From a virus (lineage: Duplodnaviria > Caudoviricetes): a stretch of 44,398 bases of DNA. Shown here piece after piece: positions 7,487 through 15,154 of this stretch. The translations under genes and the position numbers were made by a program. Each line of letters opens with the position of its first letter. Position 1 is the stretch's first letter. The notes beneath the pieces were generated by a model. The model searched no databases. It saw only the letters and a program-made list of their open reading frames with translations, and was not told where the DNA came from. The stretch spans positions 1 to 44,398 of the IMG/VR virus record IMGVR_UViG_3300015050_000672; one strand, written 5' to 3'.

Positions 7487-8241
7487 CACACGCTCTCCCG
7501 CTGCATCAACCCTCTCGCATGAGCCATATCGACCATGGCCCGAACGATGATTTCCGTTTCCTTGCCCAGCGCAGTGCCGCCGCGAGTTTTCGCCCAGTGC
7601 GCTTGTGCCTCCGCTATCGTGAACAGGCGGCAACCAGCCTTGACCATCGGCTCCGTGTCGCCAGTGAGTTTCTGCAAGAAGAAGGCGTAGCCATCGGCTC
7701 GTGATGCGCCTTGAATAATCCACTGATCGCCGAGGTTCGCGCCGCTGAGGTCCGCGCCGATGAGGTTCGCGCCGCTGAGGTTCGCGCCGCGGAGGTCCGC
7801 GCCGCTGAGGTTCGCGCCGCTGAGGTCCGCGCCGCGGAGGTCCGCGCCGATGAGGTCCGCGCCGATGAGGTTCGCGCCGCTGAGGTTCGCGCCGCTGAGG
7901 TCCGCGCCGCTGAGGTCCGCGCCGCGGAGGTACGCGCCGATGAGGTTCGCGCCGATGAGGTACGCGCCGATGAGGTTCGCGCCGCTGAGGTTCGCGCGGC
8001 TGAGGTCCGCGCCGCTGAGGTACGCGCCGCGGAGGTCCGCGCCGCTGAGGTCCGCGCCGCTGAGGTACGCGCCGCGGAGGTCCGCGCCGCTGAGGTCCGC
8101 GCCGCTGAGGTCCGCGCCGCTTTTGATTGCAGCCTTGACGGCCAAGCCAAGCTTGACGCTCGGAAAAGCATCCTCGCTGCAAGTGATTTCAGCGGAGAAC
8201 TGAACCGCGCCAGTAAAGCGGTTGAGGATATCGTATTTCAT
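7486..8241 (-). CDS. Pentapeptide-repeat protein with C-terminal DUF5758-like domain
   Basis: 26 x (S/R/I)GA(D/N/Y)L; C-terminal [17 protein letters not shown]. Confidence 0.92.
   Translation of the reverse strand: MKYDILNRFTGAVQFSAEITCSEDAFPSVKLGLAVKAAIKSGADLSGADLSGADLRGAYLSGADLSGADLRGAYLSGADLSRANLSGANLIGAYLIGANLIGAYLRGADLSGADLSGANLSGANLIGADLIGADLRGADLSGANLSGADLRGANLSGANLIGADLSGANLGDQWIIQGASRADGYAFFLQKLTGDTEPMVKAGCRLFTIAEAQAHWAKTRGGTALGKETEIIVRAMVDMAHARGLMQRESV
7732..8121. repeat. Tandem array of 26 x 15-bp units
   Basis: Unit gaggt(c/t/a)cgcgcc(gct/gcg/gat), encoding the pentapeptides. Confidence 0.95.
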
Positions 8242-8558
8242 TAGACCGTCTCCCCGTGCTTGCGGTAGTCGCGAACGTGGTCCTGCGTATTGGCGATGCG
8301 GTCGATCGGCGCAAAGCGCGCGTCCTGATCGCGGAGGTGTTCAGCCTCGTCGTTGATATCCTCCGTCACATTCCTGCACGTCCCTTCAACCGGGTTGCAT
8401 TCAAGGACGGTAATCACATCGCGGTATTCACCGGACGCAATGGCGCTGATGACAGCGGCGCGGGAGTTTTTGTCGCGGTCCAGTTCGAGGAACGCCTTGC
8501 CGAGCTTCCCGAAGTCGCATTCAACGAAATAAAGCGGCTGATCGATTGGCTTGCTCAT
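8241..8558 (-). CDS. Hypothetical phage protein
   Basis: [11 protein letters not shown]...[17 protein letters not shown]; coupled to neighbours. Confidence 0.65.
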   Translation of the reverse strand: MSKPIDQPLYFVECDFGKLGKAFLELDRDKNSRAAVISAIASGEYRDVITVLECNPVEGTCRNVTEDINDEAEHLRDQDARFAPIDRIANTQDHVRDYRKHGETV

Positions 8559-8752
8559 ATCCTGCTCCCCTTGGTTCTCGCCAACGCAGCGGCGCGGTAT
8601 TCAGCGGCGGTCAATTCCGTAACCGCAAATTCAGTGCAGCCCTTGTCGGCGATCTGCGCGATGTGAAGGTCGCGGGAAGCATCACCGTTGACGAGCAAGC
8701 TATTTGCCGGACGGTCGGCATAGGCTGGGTATTCGATGCGGTAGAAGGCCAT
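8555..8752 (-). CDS. Hypothetical protein
   Basis: GGGGAG SD; coupled to the downstream gene. Confidence 0.55.
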   Translation of the reverse strand: MAFYRIEYPAYADRPANSLLVNGDASRDLHIAQIADKGCTEFAVTELTAAEYRAAALARTKGSRI

Positions 8753-8780
8753 TGGTCTGCTCCCCTTGTGCGGTGATTGG

Positions 8781-9020
8781 TTAGGCGGTGGCCGACTGTT
8801 CTACGGGGCTGGACGCAGCATTGATGGCCGCAATCAGACGCTCGGTCAGTTCAGCGTCGTCCGTGAAAATGACGATCTCGGCTTCATTAAATTGTTGGAA
8901 CGACTCGCTCTGCTCGCCGCGGAGCGTCAGCCTGAGGGCACCGCCCCCGAAGGTGGCGGCGGAAATCGACTTGACCCAGTGGTAATGCGTGCCTGTCGAA
9001 ATCATCAGTGCTGTGGTCAT
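8781..9020 (-). CDS. First gene of the leftward early operon, hypothetical
   Basis: GGGAGAG SD; just downstream of the pL/OL region. Confidence 0.6.
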   Translation of the reverse strand: MTTALMISTGTHYHWVKSISAATFGGGALRLTLRGEQSESFQQFNEAEIVIFTDDAELTERLIAAINAASSPVEQSATA

Positions 9021-9049
9021 CTGCTCTCTCCCGATTTGGTGAGAGCATA

Positions 9050-9087
9050 TAAAGCACGGCTTTACCTGATAGTCAAGCGAAGCTTTA
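9050..9087 (-). promoter_or_regulatory. OL operators (2) overlapping the leftward promoter pL
   Basis: TAAAGCACGGCTTTA (9050-9064) and TCAAGCGAAGCTTTA (9073-9087); minus-strand TTGACT at 9076-9071 followed by an AT-rich -10 region. Confidence 0.75.
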
Positions 9088-9128
9088 CCGAAATAGCAAA
9101 AAATATTGCGGGCCTCGGTTTCGGCCTA

Positions 9129-9449
9129 TCAGGCCACGTCGTCGCGCTGCTTTTGGAGGGTGTCTATCATAGCGCCTATCATGGCGCGCTCACGAGGCCG
9201 CAGGCGCTCGATTCTGACTTCCAGGGTGTCGGGAGGCGGGGGAGGGCCGGAGCCATCCAGTAGCCACGCACAGGGCACCTGAAGCACTCTGGCGAGCTTT
9301 GCGATCTTTGCCAGCTCTGGGATTGTCTCGTCACGCTCCCAACCTGACACTGCCTGCACTGTGACGCCGAATTCCGCCCCGATTTGAGCTTGCGTCGGTT
9401 TAGGGCGCATCCGCTCACGAGCTAATTTTATACGATTTCCTATAGTCAT
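9129..9449 (-). CDS. cI: CI-like XRE-family repressor (HTH only, 106 aa)
   Basis: IGNRIKLARE...TQAQIGAEFGVTVQAVSGWERDETIP; divergent from cro; ATG at 9449. Confidence 0.85.
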   Translation of the reverse strand: MTIGNRIKLARERMRPKPTQAQIGAEFGVTVQAVSGWERDETIPELAKIAKLARVLQVPCAWLLDGSGPPPPPDTLEVRIERLRPRERAMIGAMIDTLQKQRDDVA

Positions 9450-9459
9450 TTCAACATTA

Positions 9460-9521
9460 TAAAGCTCGACTTGATCGCCGCAATGAAGCAGTGCTTGACT
9501 TCCAAGTAAAGCCATGCTTGA
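9460..9521. promoter_or_regulatory. OR operators (3) with divergent pRM/pR promoters
   Basis: TAAAGCTCGACTTGA (9460-9474), TGAAGCAGTGCTTGA (9484-9498), TAAAGCCATGCTTGA (9507-9521); minus-strand TTGCGG-N16-TATAAT ahead of cI. Confidence 0.78.
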
Positions 9522-9531
9522 CTGCCGGACC

Positions 9532-9744
9532 ATGGAAGACAGAAAAGCAGCTTTGAAGCGCGCGATCGTCAACGCTGGCGGGCAGGCAGCCTTTGCTAGA
9601 GCGATCGGGGTCACAGCGCAGGCCGTATCGCAGTGGGAAGAAGTCCCGCCCCTGCGCGTGCTCGCGACGGAGCGGATTTCCGGCGTGTCGCGCAGTGACC
9701 TTCGCCCTGATTTGTACCCCGTTTCGGACGAGGCCCGCGCATGA
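9532..9744 (+). CDS. cro: Cro/YdaS-like regulator
   Basis: AGGQAAFARAIGVTAQAVSQW..VPP...SGVSRSDLRPDLY. Confidence 0.88.
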   Translation: MEDRKAALKRAIVNAGGQAAFARAIGVTAQAVSQWEEVPPLRVLATERISGVSRSDLRPDLYPVSDEARA

Positions 9745-10028
9745 ACACGCGGAAACACAATCACGTTTGTCATAACAACGCTTCCCCCGGCTGGGCGAGC
9801 GACCATCATGACACATTCGCGTCAGGGTTGCGACAAGATTTTGTCGGGAAATTTCAAACATCAGTTTCGCCGCCCCAAGTCGGCGAGAGCGCGACGGCAG
9901 TTGAACATGCCCCCCAGCCCCTAGCTGCCGTCGCATCAATTCACCTCGTGAACAGCCACACCGCAGCCAATGCGACGGCGAACACGATCAATCCGGTTGC
10001 ATTCTCGTCAAGCATGGAGGGCCTTTGA
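9741..10028 (+). CDS. Hypothetical protein
   Basis: ATGA-coupled to cro; no recognisable motif. Confidence 0.35.
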   Translation: MNTRKHNHVCHNNASPGWASDHHDTFASGLRQDFVGKFQTSVSPPQVGESATAVEHAPQPLAAVASIHLVNSHTAANATANTINPVAFSSSMEGL

Positions 10029-10330
10029 TGTCTGACCAGTTTGGATTGACGGGCGGGATCGCGTCGGGGGCACAACCGCAACCCCGCCCTCACCATCGCG
10101 CGGATACGCGGCGCGATTCCAAAAATTCAGTTACCGGCGACTACTCCTCCCCGCCGGTCAACTCGCGGCGCCAAGAAGAGGCTGCCGCGCCTTTTATTCA
10201 CCTGAAGCGCGGTCGCATCGCGCAAGCGGTTCTCGACGTAATCGCGGTGTTCGTCACCTTTCTTTTTGTCGCTTCGGTCGGGCTTAGTCTCCCGCTCGCA
10301 ATCTTCCTGATGTTTTTTGCCGCCTTCTAG
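10025..10330 (+). CDS. Hypothetical membrane protein
   Basis: GGAGG SD; hydrophobic C-terminus. Confidence 0.4.
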   Translation: MMSDQFGLTGGIASGAQPQPRPHHRADTRRDSKNSVTGDYSSPPVNSRRQEEAAAPFIHLKRGRIAQAVLDVIAVFVTFLFVASVGLSLPLAIFLMFFAAF

Positions 10331-10398
10331 CTTTCGAACACCAAGCGGCGCGCAAGATCCTTGTTCGAACGAACGACTAAGCAATAGGAGGCGGGGGA

Positions 10399-10848
10399 AT
10401 GACTCAGGCTAACCAGTTTGCATCGCAATGGACTGACGAACGCATTGCCGAGATAACAAAGCTATGGGCAGAGGGATATTCGGCAACACGCATCGGTGCC
10501 GCTATGGGCATTTCCCGTAGCTGCGTCATTGGCAAGGTAACGCGGCTGGGGCTACCAGAGCCCGCCGAAAAGCTCCCCGTTGTCACTGACCGCGTTTACA
10601 CACGGCAGCTTGCCGAGGTTACCCGCGCCAAGGTGAATGCCTATTATCGGCAGTATAGCAAGAAGCGGCGCGAAGAACGCAAGCTGATGATGGAGACCAA
10701 GGCTTCCATCCGCGAAGCCATGCTTGACCGCGGCGCAACCAAGACGTCGGCAGCATATCGCAAGCACCTTCCTCCGATGCCTGACATGTCCAAGGGCCAG
10801 TTGCGCGCGATGCTGGCTCAGGCCGCACAGAACACGGCCGCGCTATGA
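10399..10848 (+). CDS. gcrA: GcrA-family cell-cycle regulator-like protein (N-terminal HTH)
   Basis: WTDERIAEITKLWAEGYSATRIGAAMGISRSCVIGKVTRLGL; AGGAGG SD. Confidence 0.8.
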   Translation: MTQANQFASQWTDERIAEITKLWAEGYSATRIGAAMGISRSCVIGKVTRLGLPEPAEKLPVVTDRVYTRQLAEVTRAKVNAYYRQYSKKRREERKLMMETKASIREAMLDRGATKTSAAYRKHLPPMPDMSKGQLRAMLAQAAQNTAAL

Positions 10849-11279
10849 ATCAGATCATAGAACAGGTCTGCCAGCGCCGCTGTGTCCCGCCGGAGAAGTT
10901 CTTTGGCCCGGCCAAGGGCGCTCAAGTCGTGGCCGCCCGTAAAGAGGCCATAGAACGGCTACAGAAGGCCGGGCTGGGGCCTCAGAAGATCGCGGACGAG
11001 ACGGACCTTCACGTTCAAACGGTCTACTACTGGCTTCGACCGCAGCGCAGGGAGCGTGTTCGCCGGCAGAGCGCGGAATCGTTCCGACTGCACCAGAAAA
11101 AGATGCGGGATATCGGCGGGCCGCGGCAGAGCAAAGCGCAGCGCCAAGAAATCATTGACGCCTATCTGGAAGATCCAGCCAAGGGAACCGCTCTGGCGTG
11201 TAGCCGCGGCTTGGCACCTCTGTATGCCTACAAGCTGGTTCATGCGCTTGGGCTCTTGCCGAGGAAGGAAGAGCAATGA
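10845..11279 (+). CDS. HTH protein resembling the DnaA C-terminal domain
   Basis: IIEQVC...VVAARKEAI...GPQKIA...HVQTVYY pattern. Confidence 0.55.
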   Translation: MNQIIEQVCQRRCVPPEKFFGPAKGAQVVAARKEAIERLQKAGLGPQKIADETDLHVQTVYYWLRPQRRERVRRQSAESFRLHQKKMRDIGGPRQSKAQRQEIIDAYLEDPAKGTALACSRGLAPLYAYKLVHALGLLPRKEEQ

Positions 11280-11461
11280 AGCCGACGCCGCTGCACATCA
11301 TCGTCGCGCGCATCCGCCGACTGCCGCTTCATCACCAGATCGCGCATCTACGAGCCTTGGTAGCCCTTGAGCGCCCGTATTCAGTGAGGCGGAACGAACT
11401 GGAGAGTTTGCTGCGCGGGAAAATCGAGCGGCAATTACGAAAAGAGAGCCGAGTAGCATGA
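11276..11461 (+). CDS. Small basic hypothetical protein
   Basis: ATGA-coupled at both ends. Confidence 0.55.
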   Translation: MKPTPLHIIVARIRRLPLHHQIAHLRALVALERPYSVRRNELESLLRGKIERQLRKESRVA

Positions 11462-11862
11462 CTATTGCATTGCGTGCTTCGACGGTTGTTCTGCATTTAC
11501 CAATGCCTCCGAGCGTCAACGCTTCAACGCGCGCGGGGTTCAACGCCTACACAAAAAAGCCGTTCGTTTACAAAAGCGACAGCTTGAGAAAGTTCTTTGC
11601 CGAGGCCGATCAGCTCTTCATGACCCAGAAACGGACCATAGGCTTCGTCAAGGGACCGTTTACGTATCACCTGGTTCTCAACGAAAAGCTACGCCACGGC
11701 AACGCAGACGGGGATAACCGGGGCAAGTACGCCCTGGATTATGCCGAGCGTGTTGGCCTGATTGAAAACGACAAGCTTGCAGAGGGCGGGTCGTGGTCAT
11801 GGGGGCCGTGTGAGTTCGGAGCAATGCTAGCGATCTTTCCGACGTCGGGAGCCGCATCATGA
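11458..11862 (+). CDS. rusA: RusA-like Holliday junction resolvase
   Basis: LPMPPSVN...DGDNRGKYALD...GLIEND. Confidence 0.75.
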   Translation: MTIALRASTVVLHLPMPPSVNASTRAGFNAYTKKPFVYKSDSLRKFFAEADQLFMTQKRTIGFVKGPFTYHLVLNEKLRHGNADGDNRGKYALDYAERVGLIENDKLAEGGSWSWGPCEFGAMLAIFPTSGAAS

Positions 11863-12353
11863 AGACCGTCACTTACGAACGGTTGCGAGAAGTTCTTAGC
11901 TATGACTCAGAAACGGGTTATTTTAGGTGGCTGAAGTCGCCGGTGTATTTCATCAGTGTCGGGCAGGTTGCTGGGACTAACACCAGACGCTATCGCCAGA
12001 TTGGCGTTGATGGACGCCGCTACGGTGCGCACAGACTGGCATTCTTATTTATGACCGGAGAGATGCCGGTACTGGATGTCGATCATGCCGACGGAAACGG
12101 ATTTAATAACAAGTGGGATAATCTGCGCATTTGCACAGTCTCCCAAAATCTAGCTAACACCGGCCGTCACGCAGACAATTCCAGCGGGTTCAAGGGTGTT
12201 ACTTGGGACCGACCGCGCGGGAAGTGGCAGGCGAGAATCCAGGTACGAAAGCAAAAAATCCATCTCGGCCGTTTCAACAGCGCAGAAGAGGCCCACGCCG
12301 CTTACGTGGCCGCTGCTTTTGAGCATTTCGGCGAATTTCATAGGGCAGCATGA
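11859..12353 (+). CDS. HNH-AP2 homing endonuclease
   Basis: ERLREVLSYD...AHRLA...VDHADGNGFNNKWDNLR...SGFKGV...HLGRF..AEEA. Confidence 0.9.
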   Translation: MKTVTYERLREVLSYDSETGYFRWLKSPVYFISVGQVAGTNTRRYRQIGVDGRRYGAHRLAFLFMTGEMPVLDVDHADGNGFNNKWDNLRICTVSQNLANTGRHADNSSGFKGVTWDRPRGKWQARIQVRKQKIHLGRFNSAEEAHAAYVAAAFEHFGEFHRAA

Positions 12354-12384
12354 CCATCCATCCAGCAACCAACAGCGAGGCAGC

Positions 12385-12618
12385 ATGAGCGAGGGACACA
12401 ATCAACTCCGATCGATCGTCGAACGGGTCGTAAACTTGGAGGACCAGAAGAAGGAACTCGGCAATGACATCCGCGACGTCTACGCCGAAGCCAAGGGGAA
12501 CGGCTACAATCCGGCTGCCCTTAAGGTGATCGTTCGCAAGCAACGCGCCGACAAGGCGAAGGCAGAAGCGCTTGAGGCCGACGTACAGGCATACATGACC
12601 GCAATGGGGATGGTCTGA
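12385..12618 (+). CDS. gapR: GapR/DUF2312 nucleoid-associated protein
   Basis: QLRSIVERVVNLEDQKKELGNDIRDVYAEAKGNGYN...YMTAMGM. Confidence 0.88.
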   Translation: MSEGHNQLRSIVERVVNLEDQKKELGNDIRDVYAEAKGNGYNPAALKVIVRKQRADKAKAEALEADVQAYMTAMGMV

Positions 12619-12911
12619 TGGCGTGTTTCGTCTACCAGCTCAACGACCCGTGGGAAGAGGGATGGCCACCGTTCTACATCGGGATATCGAACAACCCGTG
12701 GGATCGTTTTTACAGTCATTGCCATGACCGCTTTTCCTCAGCGTATCCGCTCTTAGCGCTGTTCTTGCGCCAAGGGGTAACGCGAGACGACATCCTTTAT
12801 ATTTATCAGGAATGCCAAACCCGTAGAGAGGCGTTCGAACTGGAACACCAGTTGGTGACTACAACACCCAACCTTCTCAACCGTCCTTACAGGCGGGGGA
12901 GGGCTTATTGA
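12618..12911 (+). CDS. Small GIY-YIG nuclease-family protein
   Basis: FVYQL...FYIGISNNPWDRFYSH...EAFELE...LLN. Confidence 0.7.
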   Translation: MACFVYQLNDPWEEGWPPFYIGISNNPWDRFYSHCHDRFSSAYPLLALFLRQGVTRDDILYIYQECQTRREAFELEHQLVTTTPNLLNRPYRRGRAY

Positions 12912-13546
12912 TCGACGTTGGAGACATGGTTGCGGAGCTAATCGAGGCTGGATGTGCGCCTGATGTGGCTGCTGTTGTTGTCGTTCGCGCTTTCGTGTCG
13001 GGTGTTAATTCCACCGGAATTCCGCGGAGTCCGGTGGACAAAGTAGCAGAGAAAAGACGCGCTTATGATCGCAATAGAAAGCGGAAATCCACCGGACTTC
13101 CACCGGAATCCACCGGACTTCCAGAGCCGCCCACTATATCTTTAGATAAGAACAGTAAGAAAGAAAAAAGGGGCTCGCAACTTCCCGAGGGCTTTCGGCC
13201 GGATGAGGTTCGCTGGACAGCCGCTTGCCGGAAATTCGGGAACGAGGGCGCCGAGCGGGAGCTTCAAAAATTCACGTCGCATCACCGGGCGAAGGGCACG
13301 GTATTCAAAAACTGGAATTTCGGCTGGGACAAATGGCTGCTGCAATCCGAACAGTGGGGGCCAAAACAGTCTGCCGGCGTGGGCGTCGTGAACCCAGAGA
13401 CGGTCAATTGGCGGGCTGCTTTGCAGAGCTATCGGGCCTATGGGAATTGGCCGAAGGGACACGGGAATGACCCGACTTCGCCGAGTTGCCGCGCGCCCAG
13501 GGAATTGTTGCGTGAGTTCGGCTTTGAACCAGTGTCTACCCAGTAA
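12908..13546 (+). CDS. Putative replication initiation protein
   Basis: Position in the early-right operon, internal iteron-like repeats, KRRAYDRNRKRK, and C-terminal KF..HH...NW...W..W. Confidence 0.6.
   Translation: MIDVGDMVAELIEAGCAPDVAAVVVVRAFVSGVNSTGIPRSPVDKVAEKRRAYDRNRKRKSTGLPPESTGLPEPPTISLDKNSKKEKRGSQLPEGFRPDEVRWTAACRKFGNEGAERELQKFTSHHRAKGTVFKNWNFGWDKWLLQSEQWGPKQSAGVGVVNPETVNWRAALQSYRAYGNWPKGHGNDPTSPSCRAPRELLREFGFEPVSTQ
13010..13170. repeat. Iteron-like repeats (putative origin) followed by an A-rich tract
   Basis: TCCACCGGA at 13010, 13088, 13099 and 13109, an inverted copy at 13030-13038, then A-rich sequence to about 13170. Confidence 0.65.
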
Positions 13547-13709
13547 CGCGCGTACAGCATCACAAGGGATCGGTAATGAAAACGTTATGGCTCTTTGGGA
13601 TAATGATGTGCCTGGGTTTTGTTGCGGGGAGCCTTGACGATATTCGCCGGGAAATTCGGTATGGGAAAATGACCTGTATTTCAAAATAGACGCGCGTACA
13701 GCATCACAA
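13546..13709. repeat. 20-bp direct repeats flanking a mini-ORF
   Basis: acgcgcgtacagcatcacaa at 13546-13565 and 13690-13709. Confidence 0.9.
13576..13689 (+). CDS. 37-aa membrane peptide
   Basis: MKTLWLFGIMMCLGFVAGSLDDIRREIRYGKMTCISK exactly fills the space between the repeats; AAGGGA SD. Confidence 0.5.
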   Translation: MKTLWLFGIMMCLGFVAGSLDDIRREIRYGKMTCISK

Positions 13710-13725
13710 CTCACGGGGCAAATAC

Positions 13726-14301
13726 GTGGCAAGAACCAAGAAGCGAGCGCCTTACGACCCAAGCAAAGCGCACGACCGACGTTCCACGGATTTAAACCGT
13801 GGCATTGGACAGCATGTCGCACCTGTAGAAGTAGACGATCCCCTTGAGCTAGGTGGAAAGCTTATCGTGATGCGATCGACACGGAATGACCCGTTGGCGG
13901 GGATGCACGCGCGCAAGACGATTGACGAGGCCCAGTATTGGGGCGGCCGGGCCTTTCAGCGCGACTTCGAGCTTGCAGAGCGTGGTCCGCAGGCCATCGA
14001 CCCGAGCAAGGAATACGTTGATGGAGGATCGGCACCAGAACCCATCACGGAAGCCCAGCAGAAGGCCGCCAAGCAGCTTGCCAGGGTTTACCGGGAATTG
14101 GAGCAGGACGGGTCTGCGCTTATCCACGACGTTCTAATCCACTCCCAGACCTATAGGCAGATCGCGGCCTCACGGGGATTCAGCGGCGAGCGTTGGGAGA
14201 AGTTCTTCGGTATGAGCGTCCACTTGCACCTTCACACGCTGGCATGGGTTTATGGCTTCGCTAAGGAGCGGACGGGTAAAAAACGTCTCGGCGGTGGATA
14301 A
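13726..14301 (+). CDS. Putative late-gene regulator (Q-position antiterminator/activator)
   Basis: Last early gene before the late promoter; DPLAGMHARKTIDEAQY...VDGG...TYRQIA (HTH-like). Confidence 0.55.
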   Translation: MARTKKRAPYDPSKAHDRRSTDLNRGIGQHVAPVEVDDPLELGGKLIVMRSTRNDPLAGMHARKTIDEAQYWGGRAFQRDFELAERGPQAIDPSKEYVDGGSAPEPITEAQQKAAKQLARVYRELEQDGSALIHDVLIHSQTYRQIAASRGFSGERWEKFFGMSVHLHLHTLAWVYGFAKERTGKKRLGGG

Positions 14302-14323
14302 ATTGCAGCCCGGTACAAAAAGA

Positions 14324-14352
14324 TTGACGGTCCGCCCGGATGTGTGCATATT
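14324..14352 (+). promoter_or_regulatory. Late promoter (pR'-like)
   Basis: TTGACG-N17-CATATT directly after the putative late regulator. Confidence 0.65.
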
Positions 14353-14378
14353 GCCATGGTCGGAAGTGATTTGATTTG

Positions 14379-14410
14379 GCCCGCTCGGAGAAATCCGTGG
14401 CGGGCTTTTT
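14379..14410 (+). terminator. Intrinsic terminator (tR'-like)
   Basis: GCCCGC-TCGGAGAAATCCGTG-GCGGGC followed by TTTTT. Confidence 0.75.
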
Positions 14411-14600
14411 GCTGAAGTGCCCAGAGAGGGCGGACCGGATCATTACCGGCCAAATAACGGGCGCCGTCCCGTACCGAGGGCAGAACTCGGCTTCAGCGAC
14501 CAGTTCGGGCGGCACCGCTAGTCAACACGCCACATCCTCCCCATGTGCTCCGATTATACGTGAGCAGAGCGTAATGAAGCGAGTGCCGCCCGGAGCCTAA

Positions 14601-14715
14601 TCTGACTGCGGCGTGGAAGGACACGCGTGGGAATCGCATTTAAAAGCCGCTACCAAAGCCCAGCGATTGGGATCGGCCTGCGATTAGTCGGTATCAAGCC
14701 CGGCCAGTCAGAGCC
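14601..14715 (+). ncRNA. Non-canonical tRNA-like structured RNA with an extended central arm
   Basis: 8-bp closing stem TCTGACTG/CAGTCAGA; arm GCGTG-GAAGGA-CACGC; long arm AATCGCA...TGCGATT; T-like arm GTCGG-TATCAAGC-CCGGC. Confidence 0.6.
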
Positions 14716-14784
14716 TGATGTGGACAACGACCAGCAACGGGCTAGAGGCCCCTGTCAGGTAAACGAACAGCGGAGAATGCCGCG

Positions 14785-14991
14785 ATGAGCATTACACCGG
14801 ACCCAGAGTATGACTTCATTCCTCCGCTGCAGGCCGCGCCGGTCAAGCGCGGTACTCAGTGCGGCGAGTGCGGGATGAAGTTCGAATACGGCAAAAGTTA
14901 CGGTTTTTGTTGCGGCAATTTGCGGTGCCCGACTCAGCTTAAAGTGACGTATTCGAATACAGCCACAACGCTGTGCACCCGCAATGGGTGA
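14785..14991 (+). CDS. Small Zn-finger protein
   Basis: CGECG...CCGNLRCP; GGAG SD. Confidence 0.5.
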   Translation: MSITPDPEYDFIPPLQAAPVKRGTQCGECGMKFEYGKSYGFCCGNLRCPTQLKVTYSNTATTLCTRNG

Positions 14992-15154
14992 TTTGATCCA
15001 CGCAGACTTCCGCGGCAAGACCTGGATATCAGAAAAGCGTCTAGCTGAAGAGATTGCTGCCGGCGTTGTGTTCCCCACGGTGTTTGGGTTTGACAGCCCG
15101 CCCGCGGACACCGCGCCCTGCGAATATACGGCGCCGGACAAGGACTCGGCGTGA

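Noticed and set aside
7732-8121. CRISPR array or DGR template/variable repeat
   Set aside because: The units are contiguous with no spacers, no cas or reverse transcriptase gene is present, and pentapeptide coding explains the array.
7286-8244. Alternative-frame repeat proteins (AARTS, AEVRA, RRGPQ, APLRS)
   Set aside because: These are shadows of the stop-free 15-bp array; only the pentapeptide frame has sensible flanking domains.
9450-9809. 226-aa version of the repressor
   Set aside because: The extension is antisense to cro and covers the operators; the HTH begins at ATG 9449.
14601-14715. tRNA-Sec
   Set aside because: The 8/5 stem pattern and G discriminator fit, but there is no UCA anticodon loop, no separate long variable arm and no canonical T loop.
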